Shown: positions 13,960 through 28,916, numbered from the stretch's first letter. The stretch is DNA of 64,000 bases from Eledone cirrhosa (GCA_964016885.1 OZ024749.1:53506001-53570000), one strand, 5' to 3'. Program-made: numbers and translations. The notes: generated from the letters alone by a model not told the origin.

Positions 13960-14290
13960 TCAAAAAATGGCAAAAGTCAATGACCCTGCATCTTCAGTCA
14001 AAGAAGGTATTGGAGCTTCACTCATAGATGTTGATTCAGCAGCTAAAATAGGTAGCAGTAAAAACTATCATATCGGTTGCCCTCCAACAGGTTTGCGGTT
14101 GAGCCCAAACAGTACTGAAGACTTCTGGTGCCCTAGGACCACCTCCCTACTCACTACCATCAGCGCGAAGTTGGTTACCTGCAGGCGCGAGCCGTACGAG
14201 CTGGAATGGCTCCTCCAGTGCATCTCCCTCACCATCCTCCAGGGAAACTCCTCTATTCTGTCTGCCAGGGCTGTGGGGCGGCCAACACAT
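13960..14290 (+). mobile_element. CRE-like non-LTR retrotransposon 3' fragment
   Basis: REPYELEWLLQCISLTILQGNS C-terminal motif (QRIS.A..RGNA type), also seen at 57570-57790. Confidence 0.6.
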
Positions 14291-16802
14291 GCCCCCCCCC
14301 CCCCCCATTTGCTCATAATAGTGAGAGATGGGGAGAGCAGAAGGGACGGAGGCAGTGACAGTGGGTGTTTGGTTCCTTTGTGTTCGAACTTGATGTATAT
14401 GTATATATTTATTTACTGCACCACATTTTATTGTAACTATCTTTACATACTGCTTCCCTAGACACCAGGGATCAGAGATACCCATCCCAAACAATATATG
14501 AAAGTGTAGACTCTGTCACCTTCTCCCCATTTCTTTTGACATCAAATAATCCTTGCTCTTTCCCACCTTTCCCTCTCATTTATGGCATTTATAGTCCTTT
14601 CTAATACTACTTATTTTCTGTTTGACTAAATATTAAATTATATGTTCATTAACGAAGGTATAATTTACATTTCAAATTCTTGTTAATGGCAAAAACTAAG
14701 AAATATTTGACAGCATAACAGGAAGAAAACTAAAATATTTCAGAAATTGCTATAAATTGGTCAAACATACAGAAAAAGAAAGCAGTATTAGAAAGTACTA
14801 TAAATGCCAGAATTGAGAGGAAAGGGAGGGAAAGAGTAAGGGCTACTAGGCAAAGAGAGAGAAGGGTAAGGAGAGAGGGTGACAGATTCTACACCAAGGT
14901 CAGGAGCGTTTGCTCGTTTATACCTTTGTTTATCTACCTGGTCATCATTTTTTGTGTTGCCTTCAATTCACATAATGAATATAATCATGTAGTTATACAG
15001 TACCAAATAATAAAGAAAAAATGGAGTGAGGGATGATTTCAGTTGGAAAAGTAAAAATACTAAAAAAATTTCAGTGCTCACATTACTTTCATTATGCATG
15101 CGCCAGAATCAGTTGAGCGTCGGACAATATACTTCGCGGCATAGAGTTACACCCCTTCTACGTTCTGAGTTCAATTCCCGCCGAGATTAGCTTTGCCTTT
15201 CATAATAGGGAGGGGGTCGATAAAAAAAAGTACCAGGAACGCACTGAAGTAAATTTAATCACCTTTTCGTTCCTCATAAAGTTGTTTGCCTTGGACCTAA
15301 ATGAGAAACCATTATGTATGTTTGGTCTTGTAACTTCCGAGGGAGTTGTAAGGACGCCATATTGACATACGGCGTTTCTTGGACATTTTAAAACCTGGCG
15401 GACCCATCTTCCTTCCAAGTCTGATACAGCAGATTTCTTGCAGAGAAGGATAGAGAATGAGAGGGAGATTAAGTGAGAAAGAGATATAGACGAAGAATCG
15501 ACTTTAGTACAAGACTGGTACTTCTGCAGTATATCGACTTGGAAAGTATGAAAGGCAAAGTTGACCTCAACGGAATTTGAACCCAGAGAGCAGAGAGTCG
15601 GAAACGAATACTTCACCGTATTTTATCCGACATTTTAAAGACTCTGACAATTCGCTGTTGATTATATAGAATTTGGCAGAATTATTAGAGCGACGAATAA
15701 AATGCTTTGTAGCATTTAGTTTACAGCTCACTGCTCCCGAGTTCAACAAAATTCAGTAGCAGCGCTCAAATACTCGGGTTAATATAATCGGCCGAGGTAA
15801 TCTGTGTCTACCACCTTTCTGGGGTCGATAAAGTAAAGCACCAGTGAAATACTAGGGAGGTTTAATCAACTTTCTTCACCCTACCCCACCTCCAAATTAC
15901 TGGCCTTGTACGGTACCTATATTGGTAATGTTGCAATAGTGCCCACGGGGATTTATTTACGAAGATTTGCTATAAAATATTTACCAGAAAAAATCACTGC
16001 GTGGGAAGTTTCGTTTTGTAGTTTCACTCTATGGGCATTACTGCTACCTTATAAATTAAATGTTTTAATTTATTCATTTTGATTTTAAAAACCAACAAAA
16101 AGAAATATAATAACACAATGCCTACAGAGCTAAAGCACAAACAAATATAATATAAAGGTTATTAAAAGGCTTTTATTTATTTATTTATTCTGTGGACCCC
16201 GAAAAAAAAAATAGTTAAAAATAAAACAGCGTAAATAGAAATGACATATTTTTGAAGAATTCTGAAAATAAGATTTACTTAGATTGAACTAAACTTCTTT
16301 CTATGTCGTATAAGTTTTGTATGACGTTTTAAAGTCTAGAAATATCTATTTCTAGTCATTGAAACGTTATAAGCCATTTTAAAGTGTTTTATAGCATGTT
16401 CTTAACTGGCTGATTTCGTTTTTCTTGATATATTTATTGTTCAGCCGCTAAGACTTCTCTTCCTTTCTCTAATCAATGATATTATATCTGACTGACTGAC
16501 TGACTTCTGTTGCTTCTTCAGCGAAAGAAGAACCAAACAGAACCAACGAAGGATTTAGTTTAACACAACAAAGGTTAAGGTTTCGTTTAAGATTTAATAG
16601 AAGTTTAAAAAATACATTGTGGAAATATTTCTCGAAAAAAAGAAGCATTATTTCGAAATGTAATGTTAACCAAATATAACATATATCTGAGGAATGAAAC
16701 ATTGGTAAACTTTTGTAAATTCTATGAAGTTCTTCTGTCAGCAAACAGCGAGTGTAAAACAATAAACAGGGATATATATACATTACATATAATATAAATA
16801 CA

Positions 16803-16833
<31 letters not shown>

Positions 16834-17782
16834 TATATATATACATATTACACACACACTCTCAGACGCGAGTCTACATGTAAACACATATGTGAGGAGT
16901 TTCCGATTCCAGAGTCAGGTTCGATTATTAATCGATCGTTCCTCGAGCTGATTGACAGTGAAACATATGTAATATGATTCTTTGTTCCCTCATATATTAA
17001 TACTATATATATATATATATATATATTACAAAACAATAACAACAAAAAGAAGACACATTGCTCTGCTGTGTTTGGCTTTCTTTCCCTTTCAAAAGATTCT
17101 CTAAAATTCTAGAAATATTTAGAAATGATTACAACAGCTCTGAACACCGACCCATGAATATGAAATATTAATAATATTAATTTATAATTCCAAATATCTC
17201 GGACAAATGTCAAAACAAAACCGTAAGTTCTGGTTTTCTTTATTCCTTCTTAATAACCAAATATTGTTTTATCTTCACATTTTATTCACAGTTGTATAAA
17301 TAACTTTACAAATTGTTTATAACAAATAATATACACAATTAATTTTGATTATTGTTAGGAACCTTATAAATATAATAGACAAATTATTCCTTTAAATCAC
17401 TAAAATTAATTAAATCTTCTAAATTCTTCATAAGACCATTCTCTTCAAAAATATATTTCTACAATGTTATCACACTTCTACATTTGTTATTTTTTCCACG
17501 TCTAAATAACTTTTTACACCTTTTAACAACATTTTCCACATTTAATAATATTTAATATTTCATTTATTTCTTTGTGAAGATAGGAAAGTTATCATTAATT
17601 GGTGAGATTCCAAACTTTGGTTTTCTAACTTCACCTGTATTTAATATTTAACATAATTAAGTGAAGGGAATTCCAAGATTTTCTCCAAAATAAAGTCAGA
17701 GTAGTTTAGGAAAATATTTCGTCAATTGGATCGAGTCTAGATCGATATCGATATAGAAAGTATTCACTTATCTGAGTTTCAA

Positions 17783-17813
<31 letters not shown>

Positions 17814-18532
17814 TTCAAAAGATATCGTCATATAACTTATATATTTAATCACCGTTCAAATACTAACATTTTAAATATTATATTAAAACTTTAGTAGTAA
17901 CAAAATATTATTGGTGATTATTTGATTGATCCAAGGAATAATTATAAAGTTTAACTATCTATAGAAGCCGAAATAATGTGGGAGACTTCGAAATTGTCCC
18001 AATTTCACTTCTTTATAACCTTCAGAAAAGTAGGAATGTCGCAGTCACATTGCCCCTAACGAAATATTGCTTGGTATACTAATGTGCTTAGTATATATAC
18101 CAATATTATGTATTCTCTATGATACATCCTCCCTTTCTCTCTCTCAATATATATGCATATATCTTCTACATTTGAATTATTATGGCTCTGGATAAAGTCT
18201 ATTGAGCTTGTTTATTGAGAAGCACAAAATTCTAACATATTTGATATGTTTTGATTCCTCACATGTGTGTACATACATACTTTGCTGTTATTTAGATATG
18301 TATTTTCATTTGTTAGAGTCCTATCAATCAAGAAGTCAACGTATCGATAAATTCGATTTCTATTCAGTTTTAGAATGTGATTATGCTGTAGCTTGTTTCA
18401 GAGGAACCGTCTATTCACCTTAAGGTTGTCCAGGTGTAGCTTGAATAGTTTTTCAATCTATCGATGTTTATATTCTTTGTTGTAAGTAAGCCTTCGCGGT
18501 ACCTGTAAATGTTTGGTTGTAGCACAGCTACG

Positions 18533-18680
18533 TTTGTTGCCCCACCTGGCTTGCTGTTGTTGCCCTACCTGGCAGGGCTTGCTGTTGTTGCCCTACCTGG
18601 CTTGCTGTTGTTGCCCTACCTGGCTTGCTGTTGTTGCCCCACCTGGCTTGCTGTTGTTACCCTACCTGGCTTGCTGTTTC
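18533..18680. repeat. ~23-bp minisatellite
   Basis: Tandem GCCCTACCTGGCTTGCTGTTGTT, about 6 variant copies. Confidence 0.85.
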
Positions 18681-19866
18681 TTGACACTGTAATAACACTA
18701 TCTTGTTCTTGTATGACGATTGGCGAAGTTCCCAATATTTACTTTTAATGTCAGTCTTATTTACTGTAAACGTTCAATTTTATAATATATTTTAATAAGC
18801 GTTAGACTGTGCAGATATATACAGTACGTTTACAAGAGAGAGATAGGGAAGAAAAACAAAGGGCTGGATAGAGATGACACGCCGCAACAAGAGACGTTGA
18901 AGGTTTACCAATAAACTTTTTAGGTAAGCCAACACACTGACAGTATTGTTGTGGATGATAGCGAGACTAAGACTCTGGAATAGCCAAACACCCGCACCAC
19001 AAGCATATCACCTGATATCTCAGTTAGACGAGCCACCGTCGCCAACGATGACCAAAACTTCATTGTCTTGTTTATACGGATGTATATAATCTCACGCCCT
19101 CATTTCTCTGTTCTAAGACTTAAGGGTGAAAATTACATTTTTAAAAAGTTAATCTCTGTTGTTTGTTCACTCAGGAAGTCAATAAATTCCTTTAATTCAT
19201 TCATTATCGTATACACGGCCAATGTGTTTTAATTAATTTTTGAAATAAACAAAAAAATTGAAAGAATTTAATAAAATAACCAAGTTTTACCTTGGTATTT
19301 AATTTAATTCTTTCAAATTTATATTAAAAAAAAAATTTATTGTAACACATTGGTAAGCAAAAATAAAAATATGATCAAAGATTTTAATCGAAAGATTAAC
19401 ATTTTAAAATGAGCAGTCCTTATGTTTCCTCTCCAATGGTGGTATGACACCCTCCTCATACCTATCAATGCTTCCCCAGTGATGGTGCCACAATAAAAAT
19501 GTGCCCATTCCATTCTGTAAGGTGGTAGTGCCACAATGAAATGTTCCCAGTATGCATTATAAAGTGGGAATGCTGGTGCCACAATGAAATGTTCCCAGTA
19601 CGCACTATAGAGTGGTTGGCATTATGAATGGCATCCAGCCATTAAAACCAGCTAAAAATGGAATGTACCGTATGAACAAGACTTGGTCAACTAACCAGTC
19701 TAGCCTCAGAACAAGACAATCCATCAAACCCATGCTAGCATGGAAAATAGATGTAAAATGATGGTGATGATATATTTGTCTACAACTTTGTATTTATATA
19801 AAGTCAATGTTTCAAAGTTTTATGTAATATTTAAGCAGCTTTTCCTTGTCTTCCATTAGGTATAAA

Positions 19867-22800
19867 ATGGTATCATGTTTGCAGAAATTGAATGCTGTTT
19901 TGGTTCTAATTGTGATTCTTCTGATCAGCTACCAAGGTTTTATGATAGATAAAAGTACTATTACGTATTATTTGACAAGATTTACAGAAAAGAAAAAACT
20001 ACTTTTTTGCTGGAAAACGTCCAGAAGTTTAGGTAAGGGTCACTTGCAAATACTATATATACTTTATGTATAAGTTGATCCAAATATAAGCTGCCACACC
20101 TTCTTCTTTACTTGTGAGAAATGTGCAAAAAATCAAATCTTCATGTATAAGTCAAGTTAGTTAATATCGAATATAAGTCTACCTGCCATTTTATCACCAT
20201 TTTTTGTCACATATTTCTTGGCTTATATATGAGTTTATACAGTAATGTTGCTTTAAATAAAGTAAATATATTGATATAATTTAAAGTTATGAGAAGTTAG
20301 TATATCTAATATCTTATAAGAGACACATTTTTTAACTTTAAAATAACATGTCCTAGAAAATCAACTTGCATTTCATAAATACATTGTTAGGTTTTGGGTG
20401 TTGATTTCAGGGCTGCTCTATGAAATAAAATGTAAACCTTCTTGTCATTTATGTTGGAATGCACACATTTCAAATTTCATTACATGTATGTATATATGTA
20501 TGTATTTGTATGTAACGTGTGCATGTTTGTATATATGCATCTGTTTGTGTATTCATGAATGTATATATGGATGTTTGTATTGGAGATATCAAATCAGAAT
20601 CCATTTTGGGGAATGTGTGTGTGTGTGTGTGCCAATATCATTAGTAACATGATTGCTGTTAGGAATTCATCCTTTTCTAATTTCAATATATTTATTATTT
20701 CCAGTTGGTTTACATCCAATAAACAAAGAAATCCTATCTTGGAATCAAATGGAGAAGCATTACAACAATGTTTCATTTGGTGGCCACTATAAACCAAATT
20801 GCAAGACAAATGTATCAGTTGCTATTATTGTTCCATACCGTGATAGGGAGTTCCATTTAAAAGTCTTCATTAATAACATGCATTCCATTTTACAGAGACA
20901 GTTATTAGAATATGGAATTTATATTGTTGAACAGGTATGTTAACCTCTTTTATTACCCAAAACAACCAACCCTTGTTCTATAGTATTTGATTGTATGACT
21001 GGTTGACTGTATATATATATATATGGAGAGAGAGAGAGAATCTACGATGCTGAGACTGAGGAGACCACTAATCATGGAAGTACTCAATGCATGGGGAGAT
21101 GTTGATTGGGTGTATATATATACACACACATATACTATTTTTATATATAATATATATATATATATATATAATTTATCCTCTGAAATATTATAAAATGATA
21201 TGCACTTTATTATATGTATTTTATATATATATTTATTTCAGTCTGATACAAATGAATTCAACAGAGGAGCGCTTATGAATATTGGTTTCGTAGAATCCCT
21301 CAAGCAGTATAATTACGGTTGTTATATTTTCCATGATATTGACCTAATTCCTGAAAATGACAAAAACATTTATGATTGTGAAGACACTCCAAAACATATG
21401 TCAGTTGCTGTTGATGTATTTAATTACAAGTGAGTAATGAAATTCTGTCACTTTGTTTTAAATTGAAAGCTTAATGAAAAGTTAAGGGACGAAACACTGG
21501 CTTCAGAGGGGTTTCTTCTCTGAAGACCTTCTGCTATCCAGCTCTCCTGGGCTGAAACACTGGCTTGAGATGGGTTTCTATTCTGAAAACTTTCTGCTCT
21601 TCAGCTCTCCTGCATCTTGTCTTTTTGTTTTTAGTATTATTTTTATTTTTGTAGGTTACCCTATACAACATTGTTTGGAGGTGTTGTTGCTTTGAATAGG
21701 ACAGAATTCCAGAAAATAAATGGTTTTTCTAATCGTTTTTTTGGTTGGGGAGGTGAAGATGATGATCTTTATAAAAGGTAAGTTATATCTATGTCTTTTG
21801 AGGTCAATAAAAAAAGTACCAGTCCAGTACTCGTGTTGAGATCTGCCTCTATATCTCTTTCTTCCTCTCTATCTTTCTCTGGAATAAATCTGCTATGTTG
21901 AGACCTGGAGAGGGATGAGCTCTGCCAAGTTTTAAAATACCCCAAGAAATGCTGTATGTAGTAGCTACAGCACCTCTATGACACCATCAGGAATTACAGG
22001 ACCATATGATACCATATCTGTTTAACTGAAGACAGGTGAACTTATTGGTTACAGACGTTTTTGATTGTATGGTTGGCAATGGATGAGTAAAAGCTGCAAT
22101 GTTAGGGGTATTATAAGATTAGTCTAAAGTCTGTCTCAAGCCCGAAGGCTCATTGGGACAGGATGCCATTCCATCACAGGGTTAAAACCCCCAGCTATTG
22201 CTGGTACTCATTTTCAACTGAGTATACTGGTTGTTGGTACTCATTTCAATTGAGTGAACTGGAGTAACATAAAATGAAGGGTTTGGCTCAAGAACACAAT
22301 GTACTACTCACCCAGTTTAGAGATTAAACCCACATTTTCATCATAAATCCAAACCTCTAACCACACCATCACTATTTAACATAATGGTTTCTGATGAATG
22401 GTTTATGCACAAGGTCAACAATTTGGAGGAGGGGAAAGTCAATTAAATCGACATCAGTGCATTACTGGTACTTTATTTTATCAACCCTGTAAGGAATGAA
22501 AGACGAAGCTAACCTTGGCAGGATTTGAACTCAGAATTTGTCCGATGTTCTACTGATACTACCAATCCACTGCCTTTGTTCAATCTAAACTATAATAAAG
22601 GAAGGTCTGTGGGACTGCGTACGATTTTTTTTTTTTTTATCCCGTTAGTAAAATAAGTTGGACTACTTTGAATAAATAATGAATGAATATTACATAATTT
22701 ATCTACTAAATTTCGTAAAAATAAATAATTTAAAATTGACTTCTTTTCAAAGTTGCACTTCCGGTATATCATTGCCACCACCACCTCTACTTCAACTACC

Positions 22801-25038
22801 ATATATATAGAAAGAGAGTATGTGATGTCAACACTTCCGGTGGCGATCACTTAAATAAACATACTAATTTTCTCCTAATGCAGTTTATATATATCATCGT
22901 CTTATTTTAATGTATCATGGATTACATTACTGATTACATAAGACAGTGTAACAACGTCTTCGTTCAATTTCTGTTTATATTCTGTTTATAAACCTGGGAC
23001 GACATGATAAATTCCGACCTCACACGCTTACACCTCTCCAAGACAATGTCACTGGACCGAGACCTTTGGCGGTACTCAGTAATAGAGAAGACCCGCCTTA
23101 CCTAAATACAAAGTAAAACCTACTACAGCCAGTAGGCATCTCTAACAAAACAACCCCCGTCCCACCCCATCCACACCGCCCCTTTCAATGTAAAGTTATG
23201 TTGGTGCCACAACATCCAGGCCGAAACAAATGAGATCGTGTAGGTGTCGCAACAAAAAACACACAGTCCACGCTGTAATGTGGCCGTGTAGGCAACACGG
23301 TAAAAACCTCCCAGCCCCACACTGTAAATGTGGTTGGTGTTAGGAAGGGCATCCAGCTGTAGAAAACCCGCAAGACAATCACTCTTGCCTCAAGTGGGAA
23401 AACCCCCGTCCAAACCCATGCAAGCGTGGAACACGGACGTTAAATGTTGATGATTGTCAATTACGATTTTATTTGATGTATCATATCTACATGTATATAT
23501 ACTTGCGTATAATATCAATATACACACTACACATGCTAGCAGAAAACCACCCGAAGGGTGGTTTTTCTGCTAGTTAAATATAAAACAAAGTTTGTTTCAA
23601 TCTCTGAGGTTCATCGATCCAGAGCCAATCTTGGTTTCATGTAGTGTTAAGCAACTGAGACAAGACTTCCCCCTGGACAGGACGTCAGTCCATCACAGCA
23701 TTAATTCCCATCTAGATGAGTGCCTTTTTGTTAAATTATATTACAAATAACATTTTAATAATGAAATAATTATTTTAGTAAATCCCTTCAAATTCTTCAT
23801 TAATTAATCCAAATACTGCGTCTTTCATTAGAAGTATGCTAACGAAGGGATTAATATATAATATAAATTTTTAGTGTCTATTTAAATTTCAAGTGTTCTT
23901 AATGTTACTGATTGATTCTTACTAATATTGAACAAGTGTTCTTAATGTTACTGATTGATTCTAAACTTCAGAATTGGCTATCAAAAATTTGTTCTTCATC
24001 GTCACTCAGTAATGATTGCTCGTTACACCATGCTAAAACATGTTCAGCAAGACAAAAATGAAAATAGGTAAGTTACACTAATAATAATTGTTTCTACTTT
24101 AGGCACAAGGCCAGCAATTACCCAGTGTATTACTGGTACTTTATTTTACATTTTATTTTAAGTTACACTAATAATAATGATAATAATAATAATAATAATA
24201 GTAATACACCATCATCATTGTTTAATGTTCATTTATCATACTTACATAGGTTAGAGAGGTTGTTATGTTATGAGAAAAGTTAGATCCAAAGGAGAGCATG
24301 TCTTGCTCATATGGATCTGTATTTTTGGCTTGGGTACTTTTTGTTGTGTCACCTACACAACCACTTTACAGTGTTGACTGGGTGATTTTTGTTGTGTCAC
24401 CAACACAACCACTTAACAGTGTGGCTGGGTACTTACTGCTAACAATACACTCTACAGATTTTGATGATGAGAGTGATAGTGGAATATTAAAAATTTGATT
24501 TAGATAAATTAAATTAGAATGAGTTAAGTTATTTCTAAAGAATCATACACAAGCCAACAATATTTGGGGAAGAGGAAAGTCAATTAAATCGACCCCAGTG
24601 CATTACTGGTACTTTATTTTATCAACCTCGTAAAGATGAAAGGCAAAGCTAACCGTGGCAGGATTTGAACACATACAAATGAAACAGTTCTTGTCCTGTA
24701 GAAATCATTTCTATATTAAACAAGAATGTTTACATTCTATTAATGTATTGAGTACCTTTTGTAACTGTGGTTAACCCCTATTTCACTTGGGATCTACACA
24801 CATACATACATACAATATATACACACTTTATTAAATGTTATTTTTCATGGTACTTTTTTTATTTTGTTTCAGATTTGACCTCTTAAAGAAAATGGACCTT
24901 AAAAATGATGGTCTGAATACTCTAAATTATTCTGTAAAAGAACTGAAAAAACACAAGCTGTTCACACTTATAAAAATTCACCTCCCAAAAAGAACAACAG
25001 TAAAATTTAAAAACAACAACAGTAAAATTAACTTATGA
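19867..25038 (+). CDS. Glycosyltransferase family 7 (beta-1,4-GalT / beta-1,4-GalNAcT, bre-4-like), 322 aa; exons 19867-20032, 20705-20934, 21242-21429, 21655-21777, 23972-24067, 24873-25038
   Basis: GT-AG introns, 969 nt in frame. N-terminal type II membrane anchor ([15 protein letters not shown]), [32 protein letters not shown] (DxD), [40 protein letters not shown]. Confidence 0.93.
23016..23455 (+). mobile_element. RTE LINE 3' fragment
   Basis: Near-identical to 36020-36520 ([19 protein letters not shown] plus 3' UTR and GAT tail). Confidence 0.85.
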
Positions 25039-25082
25039 ATTTAGGAATGTCAGTTTTAAACTTATCAAAATAAACTAATAAG

Positions 25083-25705
25083 GAAGTCAGCCGCTTTCCA
25101 GCTGTCTATTTAAAGCTGTATATAGCTATGGTGTGGCCACAATTAGGGGTTCCAGACTGGTGAAACAAATTCTACCTTACTCAGAATATTGACCTCCTGG
25201 AAACTTTTCAGAGACATGCAACCAAGCAAATACCCTGCATCAGACATCTACCATACTCTGAATGCCTTGCTTCCCTGGGCATGGATACATTGAAGCTCCA
25301 ACGTCTGGCAACTGACTTGGTAAACACCCACAAAATTATTAACCATCTTGCCAACGACAACCCTGAGCACCTTTTTGAATTTCATGGGCATGCATACAAG
25401 TCAGAAAACAGCACAGCTCCCATGACTTTCGGAAACATTTTTTCACGCTCAGAGTTACTGAAGCATGGAACAAACTACCTGCATCAGTTGTTAGCTGTCG
25501 GGACCCTGCATCCTTTAAAACCTCCATGTTTCCTGAAATTTGCCAACACTGCACCTGATATCCCCCTCCATACACACATGTATCTGTGTGTATATCATGA
25601 CTCATTCACTTTCCTGACATTTGTACCTTATTCTATGTACTACACATGCACCATTGATGAGTTGTAGTGCATCTGAGCACTATACACAATAATTTCATTA
25701 TCATA
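25083..25705 (+). mobile_element. Degraded CR1-clade LINE 3' end in the glycosyltransferase 3' region
   Basis: Homologous to 42440-43075 (ORF2 end and 3' UTR) with indels. Confidence 0.85.
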
Positions 25706-26133
25706 ATGACCAGAACTCAGCACAGTCATGTTATCAATATATATATTGACATATATATATTATTTATTTATATTCATACACAGAAAAGCACTATCGAAGG
25801 TTTTAAGGCCCAATTTTGACCATACCTCCAGAATGTAAGAGGTATCAAAATTGTGACCTAATCTTTAGGTGCTTATAAAAGCACTATTTTCCTTTTTCAC
25901 ACCTACAAATATTTCTACATACATATTTATATATTATGCTTATATTTATTTATATATTTATATATATATATATGAAGAGAAAAATGGAGTCTCTCTCATT
26001 TCTTTCAATTATTACTACATAAACACATTGAGCTCTGTGGCAATTATATGAGCTATTGGCAATTATATACTCTCGTATATAGGTCTGTACATACAAATAG
26101 TTATATATTTTTACCCTTGCTATATATATCATT

Positions 26134-26390
26134 ATCATCATCTTCGTTTAACATCCATCTTCCACGCTAGCATCGGTTAGACGGGAGTTGTCCCACTTGA
26201 GGCAATGTTGGTCGGGTGACCATGTCTCACTCATATAGGACTGTCTGGCAGGTTTTCTACGGCTGGATGCCCTTCCTAACACCAACCACATTCACTGTGG
26301 AACTGAGAACTTTTTACCGTGTTACCTACACGGCCACATTACAGCGTGGACTGTGTTTTTTTTGTCGTGACACCTACACTATATATATAT
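26134..26390 (-). mobile_element. RTE 3' UTR fragment (further pieces 24209-24430 -, 27437-27670 -, 19600-19770 +, 55755-55940 +)
   Basis: Reverse complement of the GGTTGGTGTTAGGAAGGGCATCCAGC..(GAT)n end. Confidence 0.75.
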
Positions 26391-27819
26391 ATATATAGTC
26401 TAACACATGTAAGCATGGAAAAATAAAAACAGACATAAAATGAGGATGTTTGAATAGGGGATGGATGTCCATTTCAGCCAATTGTCTGAGCCAACCGATG
26501 GTAGGGATTAATATTGTATATTTCCATGCTAGCGTGGAAAATGGACGTTAGATAGTAAATATATATATATATATATATAGTACAGTACAGATCTAGCTGT
26601 CTTAACATACTTTAATGATTTAGTAGAAAATATCTAAAAACAGGTTTGTCAAATGTTTATAGTATCTTTACCATTGGACAGATTGTTGTGAAAAGAAAAT
26701 TTGCAGCAAACTAAAGACTTCAATATTTACTGTAATGCAGTCATGGTGTTGTTTTGTACTTTTCAAGACTTGGTTTATTATCTTCATCTTCTCTGCTGTC
26801 ACCAGTGAGAAACTTCATCCTCTATTTCTTTTGTTTAGATTTCTCATAACCACCAATGCAGCCCAGCTTCATACCCCTACCCACTCCTCATTTGTTACAA
26901 ACACTGAGGAAATTAGGAACCTTTCACTCTTAAGTCATTGAACAGCCTAAGCCCTGCTTTCATCTTCCTCTAAGTGTGTATGTATACATAGAGGATCGAT
27001 AGTAAAATACATACTCCACAGTGATTTCAACTCTTCTTATTGATAACTACAGTTTCTTTCCAGAGACTATTTTGAAAAATAAACCTCATTTGGTCATTCA
27101 ATGAGAGTATCTCGGTCAGCCTATGAACCTTTCAACCAACCCTCACATATATTTATGTGTGTGTATATATCATACACAAAATGCCAGCATCAACAGTTTT
27201 CCAAGAGATAGCAACATGAATGGACCTGTTATTTTTCTCTAAAAACATTTTTTCCGATTCACCTTGCCCGTCCCTTCAATCTTTTTAATTTCTCATTCTT
27301 TCTTTTGATGAAGGACTAGCGTCCAACACATTAAGATTCTCTTCCTGCTATTTCAAGTCTTAACCTAATATATTCCTTCCATATACTGCACCGATTGTGT
27401 TGTTATTTCTGTTTACCTTTAACACACATATATATATCATCATCATCACCGTTTTACGTCCGTTCTTCCACGCTAACATGGGTTAGACACAGTGTCCGGT
27501 CAGCTGATTCTGGCTGCCCTTCCTAACACCAACCTCATTTACAGTGAGTGCAGGGAGCTTTTTTTCTATGGCGCCTACACGTCCACTTTACAGTGTGGGC
27601 TGGGTGCTTTTTTGCCGTGGCACCTCCACGACCACTTCGCAGTGGGAGGGGGTGGGGGCATATAGTCTATATGCATATATATACAAATAATGAATCAAAA
27701 CATATCAAATATGTTTAGAATATTGTGTTTCTCAATAAGCAAACTCAATAGACTTTATCCAGAGCCATATATCGCACAAGAAAAACGGTATATGGTATAC
27801 ACATATTTTGTAGAAGAAC

Positions 27820-28157
27820 ACGTACAAAGTTGGAATCATAAGTGAAACCTTATAGCGCTATTTCATACCTGGAGAGTATGGCTAAAAATCGATCTATGTA
27901 ATCGATCATTGAAAGAAAAAAAAAATACATATATATATTCGATCATCGAAGACAAACTATCAATTAAAATTAAACATGAGACTCAGGTACTCATCAAAGG
28001 TTTAGTATCACCATTCTAAAGGAAATATAAAATGAAGATGGTAAATAAATCAATATACCTGGGAATATCCACAGTTAAGTCAAACGCGTCCACCATGCTG
28101 AGAAATGCATGGTAAATAACGCTATAAGGTTTCACTTATGATTCCACCTTTGAACGT
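27820..28157. mobile_element. Fold-back/MITE-like element with 44-bp inverted repeats
   Basis: 27820-27863 is the reverse complement of 28114-28157 with 3 mismatches. Confidence 0.65.
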
Positions 28158-28728
28158 ATCTACATTATTTACTTGTATATTTTGTTGAAAACTTTCAACA
28201 AAACAAAAGTGAATATTCCCAGAAACAGCATTGAATTGTGAGGTACATTTTAAGATAGAAAAATAGAGCAAAGGGACTCTTAATAAAAAATAATACACAC
28301 AAATATATATATATATATTTGAAGATGTTTGAATTTAATTTATGGCTAATGTGGTACGGTTTTGTAGGTAGTATGATTTGCATTTGTTAGTTAACACAAG
28401 TTTCGTTTGTATTTGTTGACATTCTCGTTGAGGCATGTATGGACTATATATATATATATGAAGCATCTGAAACTATAATGATCGCCCGAGGAGAGTCGAT
28501 GTGTGGGAATTGTCCATGTGCTTGTCTCTTCCGAGTTTTGTTTCCCATATATGTCCCACGTTTTTTTAATGATGTATATATAATGGGGAATTTAGATGGA
28601 TATAATTATTTTGATCTTGCCTCCTATAGAATTGTTCAACAATAAGAGAATTTGTTTCAGATTAAATCTCAGTGATACATTCATAGAAATGTAGCAGCCA
28701 TAAGAATAAATTATATATATATATATAT

Positions 28729-28916
28729 AATTGTTTCTACTTTTGGCACAAGGCCAGCAATTACCCCAGTGCATTACTGGTACTTTATTTTATCAACCCC
28801 GTAAGGATGAAAGGTAAAGTTAACCTCGGCGGGATTTGAACTCAGAATGGCAAGGGTCGTAACTCTATGCGTCAAAGCATGGCGTCCGACCTTCTACCGA
28901 TACTGCCAATCCACCG
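28729..28916 (-). mobile_element. tRNA-derived SINE family 1 (well-preserved copy)
   Basis: Close reverse complement of 9567-9757. Confidence 0.85.

Noticed and set aside
16400-19800. Additional gene or 5' UTR exons of the glycosyltransferase
   Set aside because: Only short low-complexity ORFs and isolated splice-like motifs; nothing I can support without transcripts.
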